Assembly: GCA_021776925.1 (NCBI GenBank) | Contig: JAJFFB010000100.1 | Location: forward strand, 35,894 to 99,893 | Source of the DNA: Planctomycetota bacterium | GTDB lineage: Bacteria > Planctomycetota > UBA1135 | DNA length: 64,000 bases | Direction of reading: 5' to 3' | Shown here: one piece after another, positions 55,011 through 64,000 of the stretch | How the letters are laid out: each line of letters starts with the position of its first letter | Numbering within the stretch: the stretch's first letter is position 1 | The notes under the pieces: model-generated | What the model was told of the DNA's origin: nothing | What the model saw: the letters and a program-made list of their open reading frames with translations, nothing else | Databases searched by the model: none | Position numbers and translations under genes: made by a program

Positions 55011-57086
55011 ATGAAAGACTCCGACCCACTCGAAGATCCGCGCCCGCAGATCGACGGCAGCGACCCGCTCGAAGATCCGCGCCTGCAGATCGACGGCATC
55101 GATCAGGCCCTGATCGACCTGATCGCGCAGCGCATGAACGCGGTGCGTTCGATCGCCGAGATCAAGGACGCCGACCCGCACCAGCCGCTGCGCGATGAGT
55201 CGCGCGAACGCCAGGTGCACCAGACCTGGCGCCGGCGTGGTGCCGCAGCCGGTCTATCCTCCTACTTCCTCGGCCGCATCCTGCGCGAGATTGTGCACTA
55301 CTCGCGGCGCGATCAGGAACGGCGTCTGCGCGGTTTGGACCCAGCTGCCGGGGTCGGCGACAAAGTGGTCGGATTTCAAGGCATCGTCGGCGCCCACAGC
55401 CAGCTGGCGGTGGCCAAGCTCTACACCTCGCGCTGCGGGGTGACCCCGCGCAGCCGCGGCTACGCCGGTTTCGAGGAAGTGGTCGAGGCTCTGGAGCGCG
55501 GCGAGATCGACGCCGGCCTGCTGCCGATCGAGAATACCACCGCCGGCAGCATCAACGAGGTCTACACCCTGCTCGGCAAGCGCCGCCTGCATATCGTCGA
55601 CGAAGAGTACTGGGAGGTGCGTCACGTTCTCGCCGCCAAGCACGCAATTCCGGTCGACGAGCTGCGCGTGATCCGTTCGCACCCGGTGGCGCTGCGCCAG
55701 TGCGGCCACTTCCTCAGCCGGCTGCGCGAAGTCGAGGTCGAGCACGCCTTCGATACCGCCGGCGCGGCGCGCGAAATCGCCAGCGGCGACAGCCTGACCA
55801 CCGCCGCGATCTGTTCCGAAGAAGCGGCGCGCGAATACGGCCTCGAGGTGCTGGCGCGCGATCTCGCCGATCAGCCCGACAACATCACCCGCTTCGTGCT
55901 GGTGCGGCTGCAAGCCGAATCTCCCGACCCGCGCCTGCGCTGCCGCACTTCGATGGTGCTGACCACCGATCACCGCCAGGGTTCGCTGGCGCGCTGCCTC
56001 GACATCTTTTCCGAACGCCGCATCAATCTGTGCAAGCTGGAGAGCAGGCCGCAGCCGGAAACGCCCTGGCAGTACCTCTTCTACCTCGACATCGAGGGAC
56101 GCCTGGCGCACCCGCAGGTGGCTGCCGCGATCGAGGAGGTGCGCAGCCACTGCAACTCCTTGCGCATCCTCGGCTGCTACCCGATGCGCAACCTGGTCGA
56201 AGCCCTGCCGACCGAGGAAACTGAACCGGCTGCAGAGGCGCCCGCGGGTGGCAAGGTGGTCGCCGAACCCGCCGCGGCGGCGCGGCCCCATCCGCGCCGC
56301 ATCGCGGTGGGAACGGCGCTGTTCGGACCCGATCAATTCACCGTGATCGCGGGGCCGTGTGCAGTGGAAAGCCGTTCCCAGATCCTGCAAGGAGCAGAGA
56401 TGGTGCGCGCCGCCGGCGCCACGCTGCTGCGCGGCGGAGCCTTCAAACCGCGCTCCTCTCCTTACTCCTTCCAGGGACTCGGCTTCGAGGGCCTCGAACT
56501 GCTGCACCAGGCCGGCCGCGCCTACGAACTGCCTATAGTCACCGAGGTCCTGCGCCCGGAAGACGTCGCCGCGGTGGCCGCAAAGGCCGACATGCTCCAG
56601 GTCGGGGCGCGCAACATGCAGAACTTCGCCCTGCTGCAGGAACTCGGGCGCATCGATCGTCCGGTGCTGCTCAAACGCGGCATGAGCGCGACCTTGGACG
56701 AGATGCTGCTGGCCGCCGAGTACATCATGGCCGGGGGCAACCACGAGATCATCCTGTGCGAACGCGGCATCCGTACTTTCGAGCCGGCCACGCGCGCCAC
56801 CCTCGACCTCAGCGCGGTGCCGGTGTTGAAGGAACGCAGCCCACTGCCGGTGATCGTCGACCCCTCACACGCCGCCGGGCGGCGCGAATTGGTGATTCCT
56901 CTGGCGCTGGCCGCGGCCGCTGCCGGCGCCGACGGCCTGATCGTCGAGTGTCACCCCGACCCGGCGGCGGCGCGCTGTGACAAAGAGCAGGCGCTCACCG
57001 GCGAGGACCTGCAGCGCTTGATGCGCGCGCTGGTGCCGATCCTGGAAGGAGCAGGCAAACGCCCGGGGCAGCGCGGCGTGGCCTGA
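55011..57086 (+). CDS. fused chorismate mutase / prephenate dehydratase / ACT domain / DAHP synthase (type I-beta)
   Basis: ATG at 55011 with AGAGGA upstream. CM helix: [29 protein letters not shown]: [15 protein letters not shown]...[18 protein letters not shown]: [40 protein letters not shown]: [45 protein letters not shown]. Confidence 0.85.
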   Translation: MKDSDPLEDPRPQIDGSDPLEDPRLQIDGIDQALIDLIAQRMNAVRSIAEIKDADPHQPLRDESRERQVHQTWRRRGAAAGLSSYFLGRILREIVHYSRRDQERRLRGLDPAAGVGDKVVGFQGIVGAHSQLAVAKLYTSRCGVTPRSRGYAGFEEVVEALERGEIDAGLLPIENTTAGSINEVYTLLGKRRLHIVDEEYWEVRHVLAAKHAIPVDELRVIRSHPVALRQCGHFLSRLREVEVEHAFDTAGAAREIASGDSLTTAAICSEEAAREYGLEVLARDLADQPDNITRFVLVRLQAESPDPRLRCRTSMVLTTDHRQGSLARCLDIFSERRINLCKLESRPQPETPWQYLFYLDIEGRLAHPQVAAAIEEVRSHCNSLRILGCYPMRNLVEALPTEETEPAAEAPAGGKVVAEPAAAARPHPRRIAVGTALFGPDQFTVIAGPCAVESRSQILQGAEMVRAAGATLLRGGAFKPRSSPYSFQGLGFEGLELLHQAGRAYELPIVTEVLRPEDVAAVAAKADMLQVGARNMQNFALLQELGRIDRPVLLKRGMSATLDEMLLAAEYIMAGGNHEIILCERGIRTFEPATRATLDLSAVPVLKERSPLPVIVDPSHAAGRRELVIPLALAAAAAGADGLIVECHPDPAAARCDKEQALTGEDLQRLMRALVPILEGAGKRPGQRGVA
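55023..55100. repeat. 39-nt in-frame tandem duplication (2 copies, 3 mismatches)
   Basis: 55023-55061 and 55062-55100 encode [13 protein letters not shown] / [13 protein letters not shown] at the start of the chorismate mutase domain. Confidence 0.9.
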
Positions 57087-57100
57087 TCGAATTGGGGAAT

Positions 57101-59956
57101 TCAGTCTGAGCCTTGCTCCTTCTGCTCTTCTTCATCCTTGTTCTGGTTGAAGAAGACGTAGAAGGGGTTGGTCGGATCAAATTCTTCCTTCTCGTGGGCG
57201 CGTGGATCCTTCTCGATGCGCTCGCCCTTGCCCGGGCGACCGCCTTTGCCGCGGCCTCCGCCTGGGCCATCGCGGAATCCTCCGCGACCGCCGCCGCCGC
57301 CACGGCCACCACCACCACCACCACCACGGCCACCTCCGCCGCCTCCGCTACCACCACGGCCGCCGCCGCCGCCACGGCCACCGCCGAAGCCGCCGCCTTG
57401 GCCGCGCGGCCGCGTGCTGCGCACGTAGGCAGGACCGCTGCTCACCGCTTCGGCTTCGACCTCGCTGCGCAAGCTGAGCCGGATCTGCTGTTTCTCGAGG
57501 TCTATCGACAAAATGCGTGCCTCGACTTCCTGGCCCGGTTCCACCACGGTGGTCGGGTCTTTGACGAAGTCGTTGCTCAGCTCGCTGACATGGACCAAGC
57601 CCTCGGTACGCGCGCCGATGTCGACAAAGGCGCCGTAGTCGCGCACCGAAGTGATGCGCCCCTTGATCATCGAGCCGACCTCGAGGGTGTCGAGGCCCTT
57701 GCCGCTGCGCCGCGCCGGATGACGCGCCGGGCGCGGTTTGCGGAAGTGGCGCAGCAGGCCGTGACGCACCAGTTCGACGACGCTGTGCGGCCACTGCCGT
57801 TCCTTGAGCACCTCGTCCCAGGGCAGGTTGTTGACCAGCCCGGGTTCGCGCAGCAACTGGCTGATCTCGACTTCGGCGACCGCGGCGAGCTGGTGCAGAG
57901 GCCCGTAATAGACCGGGTGCAGCGGTCGCGCATCCACAGGATCGAGGCCGCCGCGCACCCGCAGCAAACAGGTCGAGGCGCGCCAGTCGCGGTCACTCGG
58001 CCCCATGCGGCTACGGTAGTCCTCGAGAGAAAGGAATGCTCCGGTAGAGCGTTCGACGACCACGCCCTCGGCGTCGACGCCGGGCACCATGCGCAGAATC
58101 AGCGCCGGCGCGGTGTTCACGTCGACCCCTTTTTCGGCCAGCATCGAGCGCAGGAAAGTGGTCTCGAATTCTTCCAGGCGGCGGTGGTTGATCTCGCCGC
58201 GGTAGGAGATGAAGGCCCGCACCACGTGCGGAGTCTGGACCGCGATGGCGCGTGGATCGTGGGCGAAGCGGCCGACCAGGTAGGCCATGCGCTCGTCCTG
58301 GCTGAGCAGGGTTTCGGCTCCGCGCCGGGCCACGTCGCGCTGCAGGGTACGCGCCACCGACAAGGGCACGTGTACCAGCCGCGCCTTGCTCCCCTTGGGC
58401 TTGCTCCCCTTGGGCTGGCTCCCCTTGGGCTGGCTCCCCTTGGGTTGGCTCTTGCGCGCCGGCGCCGAAGCCGCGTGAGTCGGGGCAGCCCGCTCGACGG
58501 CGGGTGCTGGGGCTGCGGGCGTCTCGGTTTCGGTCGCTGCGGCCGCCGGGGTTTCCGCGGTGGGAGCGTCAGCAGCGGGCTCTTCAGCGGTCGGCGCGAC
58601 AGCAGCGGTGGTCTCGTTGGCCGGCGTTTCGGCGGTCGGCGCGTCAGCAGCGGTGGCCTCGTTGGCCGGCGTTTCGGCGGTCGGCGCGTCAGCAGCGGGT
58701 GCTTCGCCTGCCGGGGTATCGGCTGCCGGTGCGTCAGCGGCGGGCGCTGCGGCGGTTGGGACGTCAGCGGGGGGCGCTTCGGCGGTCGGCGTATCGGCGG
58801 CGGGCGGCGGGGAAGCCTTGGCAGGTTTGGGAACCGGAGGCGTTCGCAGCGCAGCCGGCGCCGGAGCGGGGGCGGCGGCAGTGGGCTCTGCAAGCCGGCC
58901 CGAACCCAGCCAGCGGGTCACTTTCTGGCCCACCGTGCGCGCCAGATTGTCGCCCAGGAAGGCGACCATGCCGGGCATTTCTCCGTCGAGGAAACGCGCC
59001 AGCTTGTTGGCCAGATCATCCGACCTGGAAGAAGCCAGCATCGAGCGCTGGTACTCACCGTCGCGGTCGAGCAACGCGAACTGCACCTTGCTGCCACGCG
59101 AGCCGCACAGCGCGAGGATGGTGCCCTGGAAGCGCCCGCGGTCGATGGCGAAGTGCAACTGGTCCCACGCGTTTTGCAAGGCGGCGGTTTCCGCCTTGTG
59201 CTTGAGCGAGGCACGACACTCCTGCACCAGTCGCGGCAGGCGCTCGTCCTGGACGAAGGCCTGGAACAGCTTCAGATAGCTTTCGCGTTCTTGCGGCGGG
59301 CCGGCAGCGTGTTGTTGGAAGGCCGCCTTGGTCTCGGCCAGTGGCAATTCGAAGCGCGCGCTGATCGCGTGCGCGCGTTCTCCGCGGCGCAGCAGCAGGT
59401 ACTTGGCCGGCGGCAGAGTGGCGACCTTGGAGGTGCTGCCCACCAGTTCAGCGAAGGGCTTGACGTCGACGCCTTCTTTGCCGGTGGCCTCGACCGACAG
59501 CGTGCCGTGTTCGCGGAAGGCGGCGCGCAGGGCGGTGGCGAGGCGGTGGTTGCCACGCAGACTCTCGACCCAGGTGACCTGGGCTTCGTTGTCGGGAGGC
59601 TGGTAGCCCTCGGGGGCGCGGCTCGCCTCGATGGCGAAGGACAGGTCTTCCAGTTCACCCTCGTCGATGGCGTCGGCCAGCGCCTCGGCCAGTTCGGGGG
59701 CTTCCTTCTCCTCGAGATTTCGCTCAAGGTTGTGGCGCCGCCGCTGCAGCGATAGGTGCTGCTCGAGCCGCTCACACAGGCATTCAAAGGCAAATGCATC
59801 GGGCACCGCGCCGGCCGCCAGCGGATCGGCGGTGCGCAGCCATACGGGATACTCGCCTTGTTCAAGCGCGTCGCGCAAATGCACGAACACCGAGGGCTTC
59901 AGCCCCAGTGTCTGTGCGACGCGGCGCACATCGCCGCGGGTCGTAGAAGTCGCCAT
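57101..59956 (-). CDS. Tex-like (transcription accessory protein family) S1-domain RNA-binding protein with low-complexity insert and C-terminal RGG tail
   Basis: S1 domain GSMIKGRITSVRDYGAFVDIGARTEGLVHVSELSNDFVKDP...ARILSIDLEKQQIRLSL. HhH-like GVDVNTAPALILRMVPGVD. YqgF-like ILALCGSRGSKVQFALLDRDGE. A roughly 170-aa P/A/T/E repeat insert plus KGSQP repeats. The RGG-rich tail is GGGRGGGGGRGGSGGGGGGRGG.... Confidence 0.7.
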   Translation of the reverse strand: MATSTTRGDVRRVAQTLGLKPSVFVHLRDALEQGEYPVWLRTADPLAAGAVPDAFAFECLCERLEQHLSLQRRRHNLERNLEEKEAPELAEALADAIDEGELEDLSFAIEASRAPEGYQPPDNEAQVTWVESLRGNHRLATALRAAFREHGTLSVEATGKEGVDVKPFAELVGSTSKVATLPPAKYLLLRRGERAHAISARFELPLAETKAAFQQHAAGPPQERESYLKLFQAFVQDERLPRLVQECRASLKHKAETAALQNAWDQLHFAIDRGRFQGTILALCGSRGSKVQFALLDRDGEYQRSMLASSRSDDLANKLARFLDGEMPGMVAFLGDNLARTVGQKVTRWLGSGRLAEPTAAAPAPAPAALRTPPVPKPAKASPPPAADTPTAEAPPADVPTAAAPAADAPAADTPAGEAPAADAPTAETPANEATAADAPTAETPANETTAAVAPTAEEPAADAPTAETPAAAATETETPAAPAPAVERAAPTHAASAPARKSQPKGSQPKGSQPKGSKPKGSKARLVHVPLSVARTLQRDVARRGAETLLSQDERMAYLVGRFAHDPRAIAVQTPHVVRAFISYRGEINHRRLEEFETTFLRSMLAEKGVDVNTAPALILRMVPGVDAEGVVVERSTGAFLSLEDYRSRMGPSDRDWRASTCLLRVRGGLDPVDARPLHPVYYGPLHQLAAVAEVEISQLLREPGLVNNLPWDEVLKERQWPHSVVELVRHGLLRHFRKPRPARHPARRSGKGLDTLEVGSMIKGRITSVRDYGAFVDIGARTEGLVHVSELSNDFVKDPTTVVEPGQEVEARILSIDLEKQQIRLSLRSEVEAEAVSSGPAYVRSTRPRGQGGGFGGGRGGGGGRGGSGGGGGGRGGGGGGGRGGGGGRGGFRDGPGGGRGKGGRPGKGERIEKDPRAHEKEEFDPTNPFYVFFNQNKDEEEQKEQGSD
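58385..58450. repeat. 15-nt in-frame tandem repeat, about 4.3 copies (cttgctccccttggg)
   Basis: Read directly. Encodes (P/Q)KGS(Q/K) repeats (SQPKGSQPKGSQPKGSKPKGSK) on the minus strand. Confidence 0.9.
58591..58702. repeat. 45-nt in-frame tandem repeat, about 2.5 copies
   Basis: Units at 58591-58635 and 58636-58680, then a partial unit. Encodes the repeats DAPTAETPANEATAA / DAPTAETPANETTAA on the minus strand. Confidence 0.9.
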
Positions 59957-59991
59957 GGCGCGAATTCTACCAGCGTTCTAGGAAACGGGTC

Positions 59992-62118
<2,127 letters not shown>

Positions 62119-62298
62119 GGATCTGGATGCGTCAGAATGGACGGGTAGCGCGGACGGAGGACCGGGAGCCGACGCCGGAACATTGCCGCTGGAGTATTGA
62201 TCTCCTTGTCCCGGAATCTTGAGCCCCGGATTTTACGGTATTCAGAGGGGCGTGGCTAGTGCTAGATTCCCGCTCGGGCCTCCGCCCCCTTCCCTGCC

Positions 62299-63243
62299 AT
62301 GGCCATCGCGCGGAAATCCCCCCGTCCGATCCGCCTTCGTGTCCCTGGTTCAACGTCCAACGTAGGCCCGGGATTCGACTGCTTTTCGGTTGCCGTCGAC
62401 CTCGACCTGTCGCTGTCGTGGGAGCCTGCGGCGAGCAACAGCCTGGAGCGCACCGGCGCCCTGGCGGAAAGCACCCTGCCGCGTGGCAGCGACCCGGTGG
62501 TGCGCGGTATGCGCCGCGCCGCGATGCTCGCCGGCAAGGAGCTGCCCGCGGGCAAGCTGGTGGTCGATGCCCAGTTTCCGGCCGGGCGCGGCCTGGGGGC
62601 CAGCGGCGCCGGCCTCGCCGCCGGCCTGGTGCTGGGCAACCGCCTCAGCGGCGGCGGACTGGATCTGGAACGCCTGCACGCCGAGGCCATCGCCCTCGAA
62701 GGACATCCCGAAAACGCCACCGCCAGCCTGCTCGGCGGCGCCCACTGGTCGCTGCCGGTGGGGCGCAGCGGCCAGCCGCCGCGGGTCGACTGGCATCACT
62801 TACCGGTCAGCCTGCACAAGGATCTGCGCTTCCTGGTCGTGGTGCCGCCCTACACCCTGGAAACGCGGCGCGCGCGCGAGGTGCTGCCGACTTCGGTGTC
62901 GTTCCAGCGCGCGGTGATGCAGGCGCGGCGCACGCCGGTGCTGCTCGAGGGGTTGCGCCAATTGAATCCGGAGCTGATCCGCATCGGCGTGCAGGACGAA
63001 CTGCACGTCGCCCCGCGCCTCAAGCTGATGCCCGCCGCCCGCTCCATGCTCGACTTCGCCGACCGCGCCGGAGCGCTGGGCACCACTTTGTCCGGTGCCG
63101 GTTCGGCGTTGCTGGTGATCACCCGCACCGGCGCCATGCGCGCGCTCGAAGAAAAGCTCGCCGGCCGCGTGCGCCGCTTGTGGGGAGAAGACGGCGCGGT
63201 GCTGCAAGCACGCGTGGCCGCCAAAGGCGCGGCCTTCGTCTAG
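62299..63243 (+). CDS. thrB: homoserine kinase
   Basis: VPGSTSNVGPGFDCF and the GHMP-kinase motif PAGRGLGASGAGLAAG. Confidence 0.9.
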   Translation: MAIARKSPRPIRLRVPGSTSNVGPGFDCFSVAVDLDLSLSWEPAASNSLERTGALAESTLPRGSDPVVRGMRRAAMLAGKELPAGKLVVDAQFPAGRGLGASGAGLAAGLVLGNRLSGGGLDLERLHAEAIALEGHPENATASLLGGAHWSLPVGRSGQPPRVDWHHLPVSLHKDLRFLVVVPPYTLETRRAREVLPTSVSFQRAVMQARRTPVLLEGLRQLNPELIRIGVQDELHVAPRLKLMPAARSMLDFADRAGALGTTLSGAGSALLVITRTGAMRALEEKLAGRVRRLWGEDGAVLQARVAAKGAAFV

Positions 63244-63246
63244 CTG

Positions 63247-63319
63247 CAGTCGGCGGGCAGCGCGGCGACGACCAAAGGGAACCGGGCGCGCTCAGCTCCA
63301 GTCGGCGGGCAGCGCGGCG
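63247..63319. repeat. 21-nt perfect direct repeat (cagtcggcgggcagcgcggcg) at 63247-63267 and 63299-63319
   Basis: Read directly. The second copy encodes the last residues (..AALPADW) of the minus-strand ptsI-like gene. The first lies in the 48-nt spacer next to the thrB stop. Confidence 0.85.
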
Positions 63320-64000
63320 GCGAGACCGGCGGGCGAGGTCGCGCGGCAGGCGCGTTCGCTGACGCGTTCGACCAGATCGAGGTCGAGGCCGTGCAGGGTG
63401 GCCTGGGCATCGTTGAGCAGACCGGGGCGCAGCGCGATGTGGCGCACCCCCACCCCGACCAGCAGCAGCAGGTAGGCACTCTGGCCGATGCACTCGCCAT
63501 AAACGCGCAGCTCTTTGTCCAGGCCCTCGGCCATCTGCACCAACTTGCGCACCGCGCGCAGCACCACCGGGTGCGGCTTGATGGCGAGGTTGGCGACCTT
63601 GGGTTCGCCGTGGCTGGCGTCGGCCGACAACAAGTGCTGCGCCAGGGTGTCGAGGCCGATCACGGCGAAGTCGGCCACCGCCAGCATCTCGCGGCCGAGC
63701 AGCGCCGCCGCCGGGGTTTCCAGCACCACGCCGAGCTGGATCGGGTTGGAGACATCGATGCCCTCGAGGCGCAGCTCCTCACGCGCGTTGTCGATGGCGT
63801 CGCGCAGATCGGCGATCTCGCCGAGGTCGGTGACGAAGGGCGCCGCCACCTGCACCGGCCGGCCCTCGCTGGCGCGCAGGATCGCGCGCAGCTGCACGCC
63901 GAGCATCGCCGGTTCGTTGAGCAGCAGACGCACGCCGCGGCAGCCGAGCATCGGGTTGGCTTCGGGTCCGGGGCACAGCTTGTCGAGACCGAGGGTGGAA
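63292..64000 (-). CDS. PEP-utilising enzyme, C-terminal TIM-barrel domain (PtsI/enzyme I-like); partial, continues beyond the window
   Basis: MLGCRGVRLLL, QLRAILRAS and ADFAVIGLDTLAQHLL resemble the PtsI/PpsA PEP-binding domain. The reading frame is open to the window edge. Confidence 0.65.
   Translation of the reverse strand, partial: STLGLDKLCPGPEANPMLGCRGVRLLLNEPAMLGVQLRAILRASEGRPVQVAAPFVTDLGEIADLRDAIDNAREELRLEGIDVSNPIQLGVVLETPAAALLGREMLAVADFAVIGLDTLAQHLLSADASHGEPKVANLAIKPHPVVLRAVRKLVQMAEGLDKELRVYGECIGQSAYLLLLVGVGVRHIALRPGLLNDAQATLHGLDLDLVERVSERACRATSPAGLAAALPADWS

Noticed and set aside
7997-58702. Tandem DNA repeats (7997-8056, 55023-55100, 58385-58450, 58591-58702) as CRISPR or other non-coding arrays
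   Set aside because: All are in frame within coding sequences, have no spacers, and encode peptide repeats.

Overview
High-GC (roughly two-thirds G+C by eye) chromosomal segment from a diderm bacterium. Diderm markers are an LPS heptosyltransferase, a Kdo/WaaP-type kinase, Lgt and SppA. I cannot assign a taxon from sequence alone; the secreted propeller, prenyltransferase-repeat and carboxypeptidase-regulatory-domain proteins hint weakly at a PVC-like or similar lineage. I support about 50 protein-coding genes and found no rRNA, tRNA, CRISPR array, transposase or integrase. Most long ORFs in the six-frame track that lie antisense to conserved genes are high-GC artefacts.

Gene content:
- Housekeeping genes: thiS-thiG, nusA-infB-rbfA, cysS, lon, sppA, lgt, an rnhB-like gene, fusA, thrB and a partial ptsI-like gene.
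- 1-9.7 kb: a translationally coupled operon of exported and membrane proteins with no recognisable enzyme.
- 9.8-17.5 kb: an accessory-looking block with two tandem secreted paralogues, a decayed third copy, a 5x PPC-domain protein and other orphan exported proteins.
- 38.9-47.6 kb (minus strand): a cluster joining PAPS synthesis (sat, cysC) with three alkaline-phosphatase-superfamily (NPP-like) paralogues, an orphan membrane protein and two small ribbon-helix-helix paralogues.

Observations I consider most worth follow-up:
1. A Phe/Tyr-rich 23-codon leader ORF with terminator and antiterminator pairing, upstream of a fused chorismate mutase-prephenate dehydratase-ACT-DAHP synthase gene.
2. 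The sat/cysC/NPP/RHH cluster. It has a TGGAGTGC operator-like triplet, and four neighbouring small proteins share a C-terminal L-x-x-LGY-[ILV] motif.
3. A Pus10-like (archaeal/eukaryotic-type) pseudouridine synthase catalytic domain, while the usual truB position after rbfA holds a SpoU/TrmH methyltransferase.
4. A Tex-like protein carrying long Pro/Ala/Thr repeats and an RGG tail.

All functional calls come from motif recognition by eye. No database search was run.
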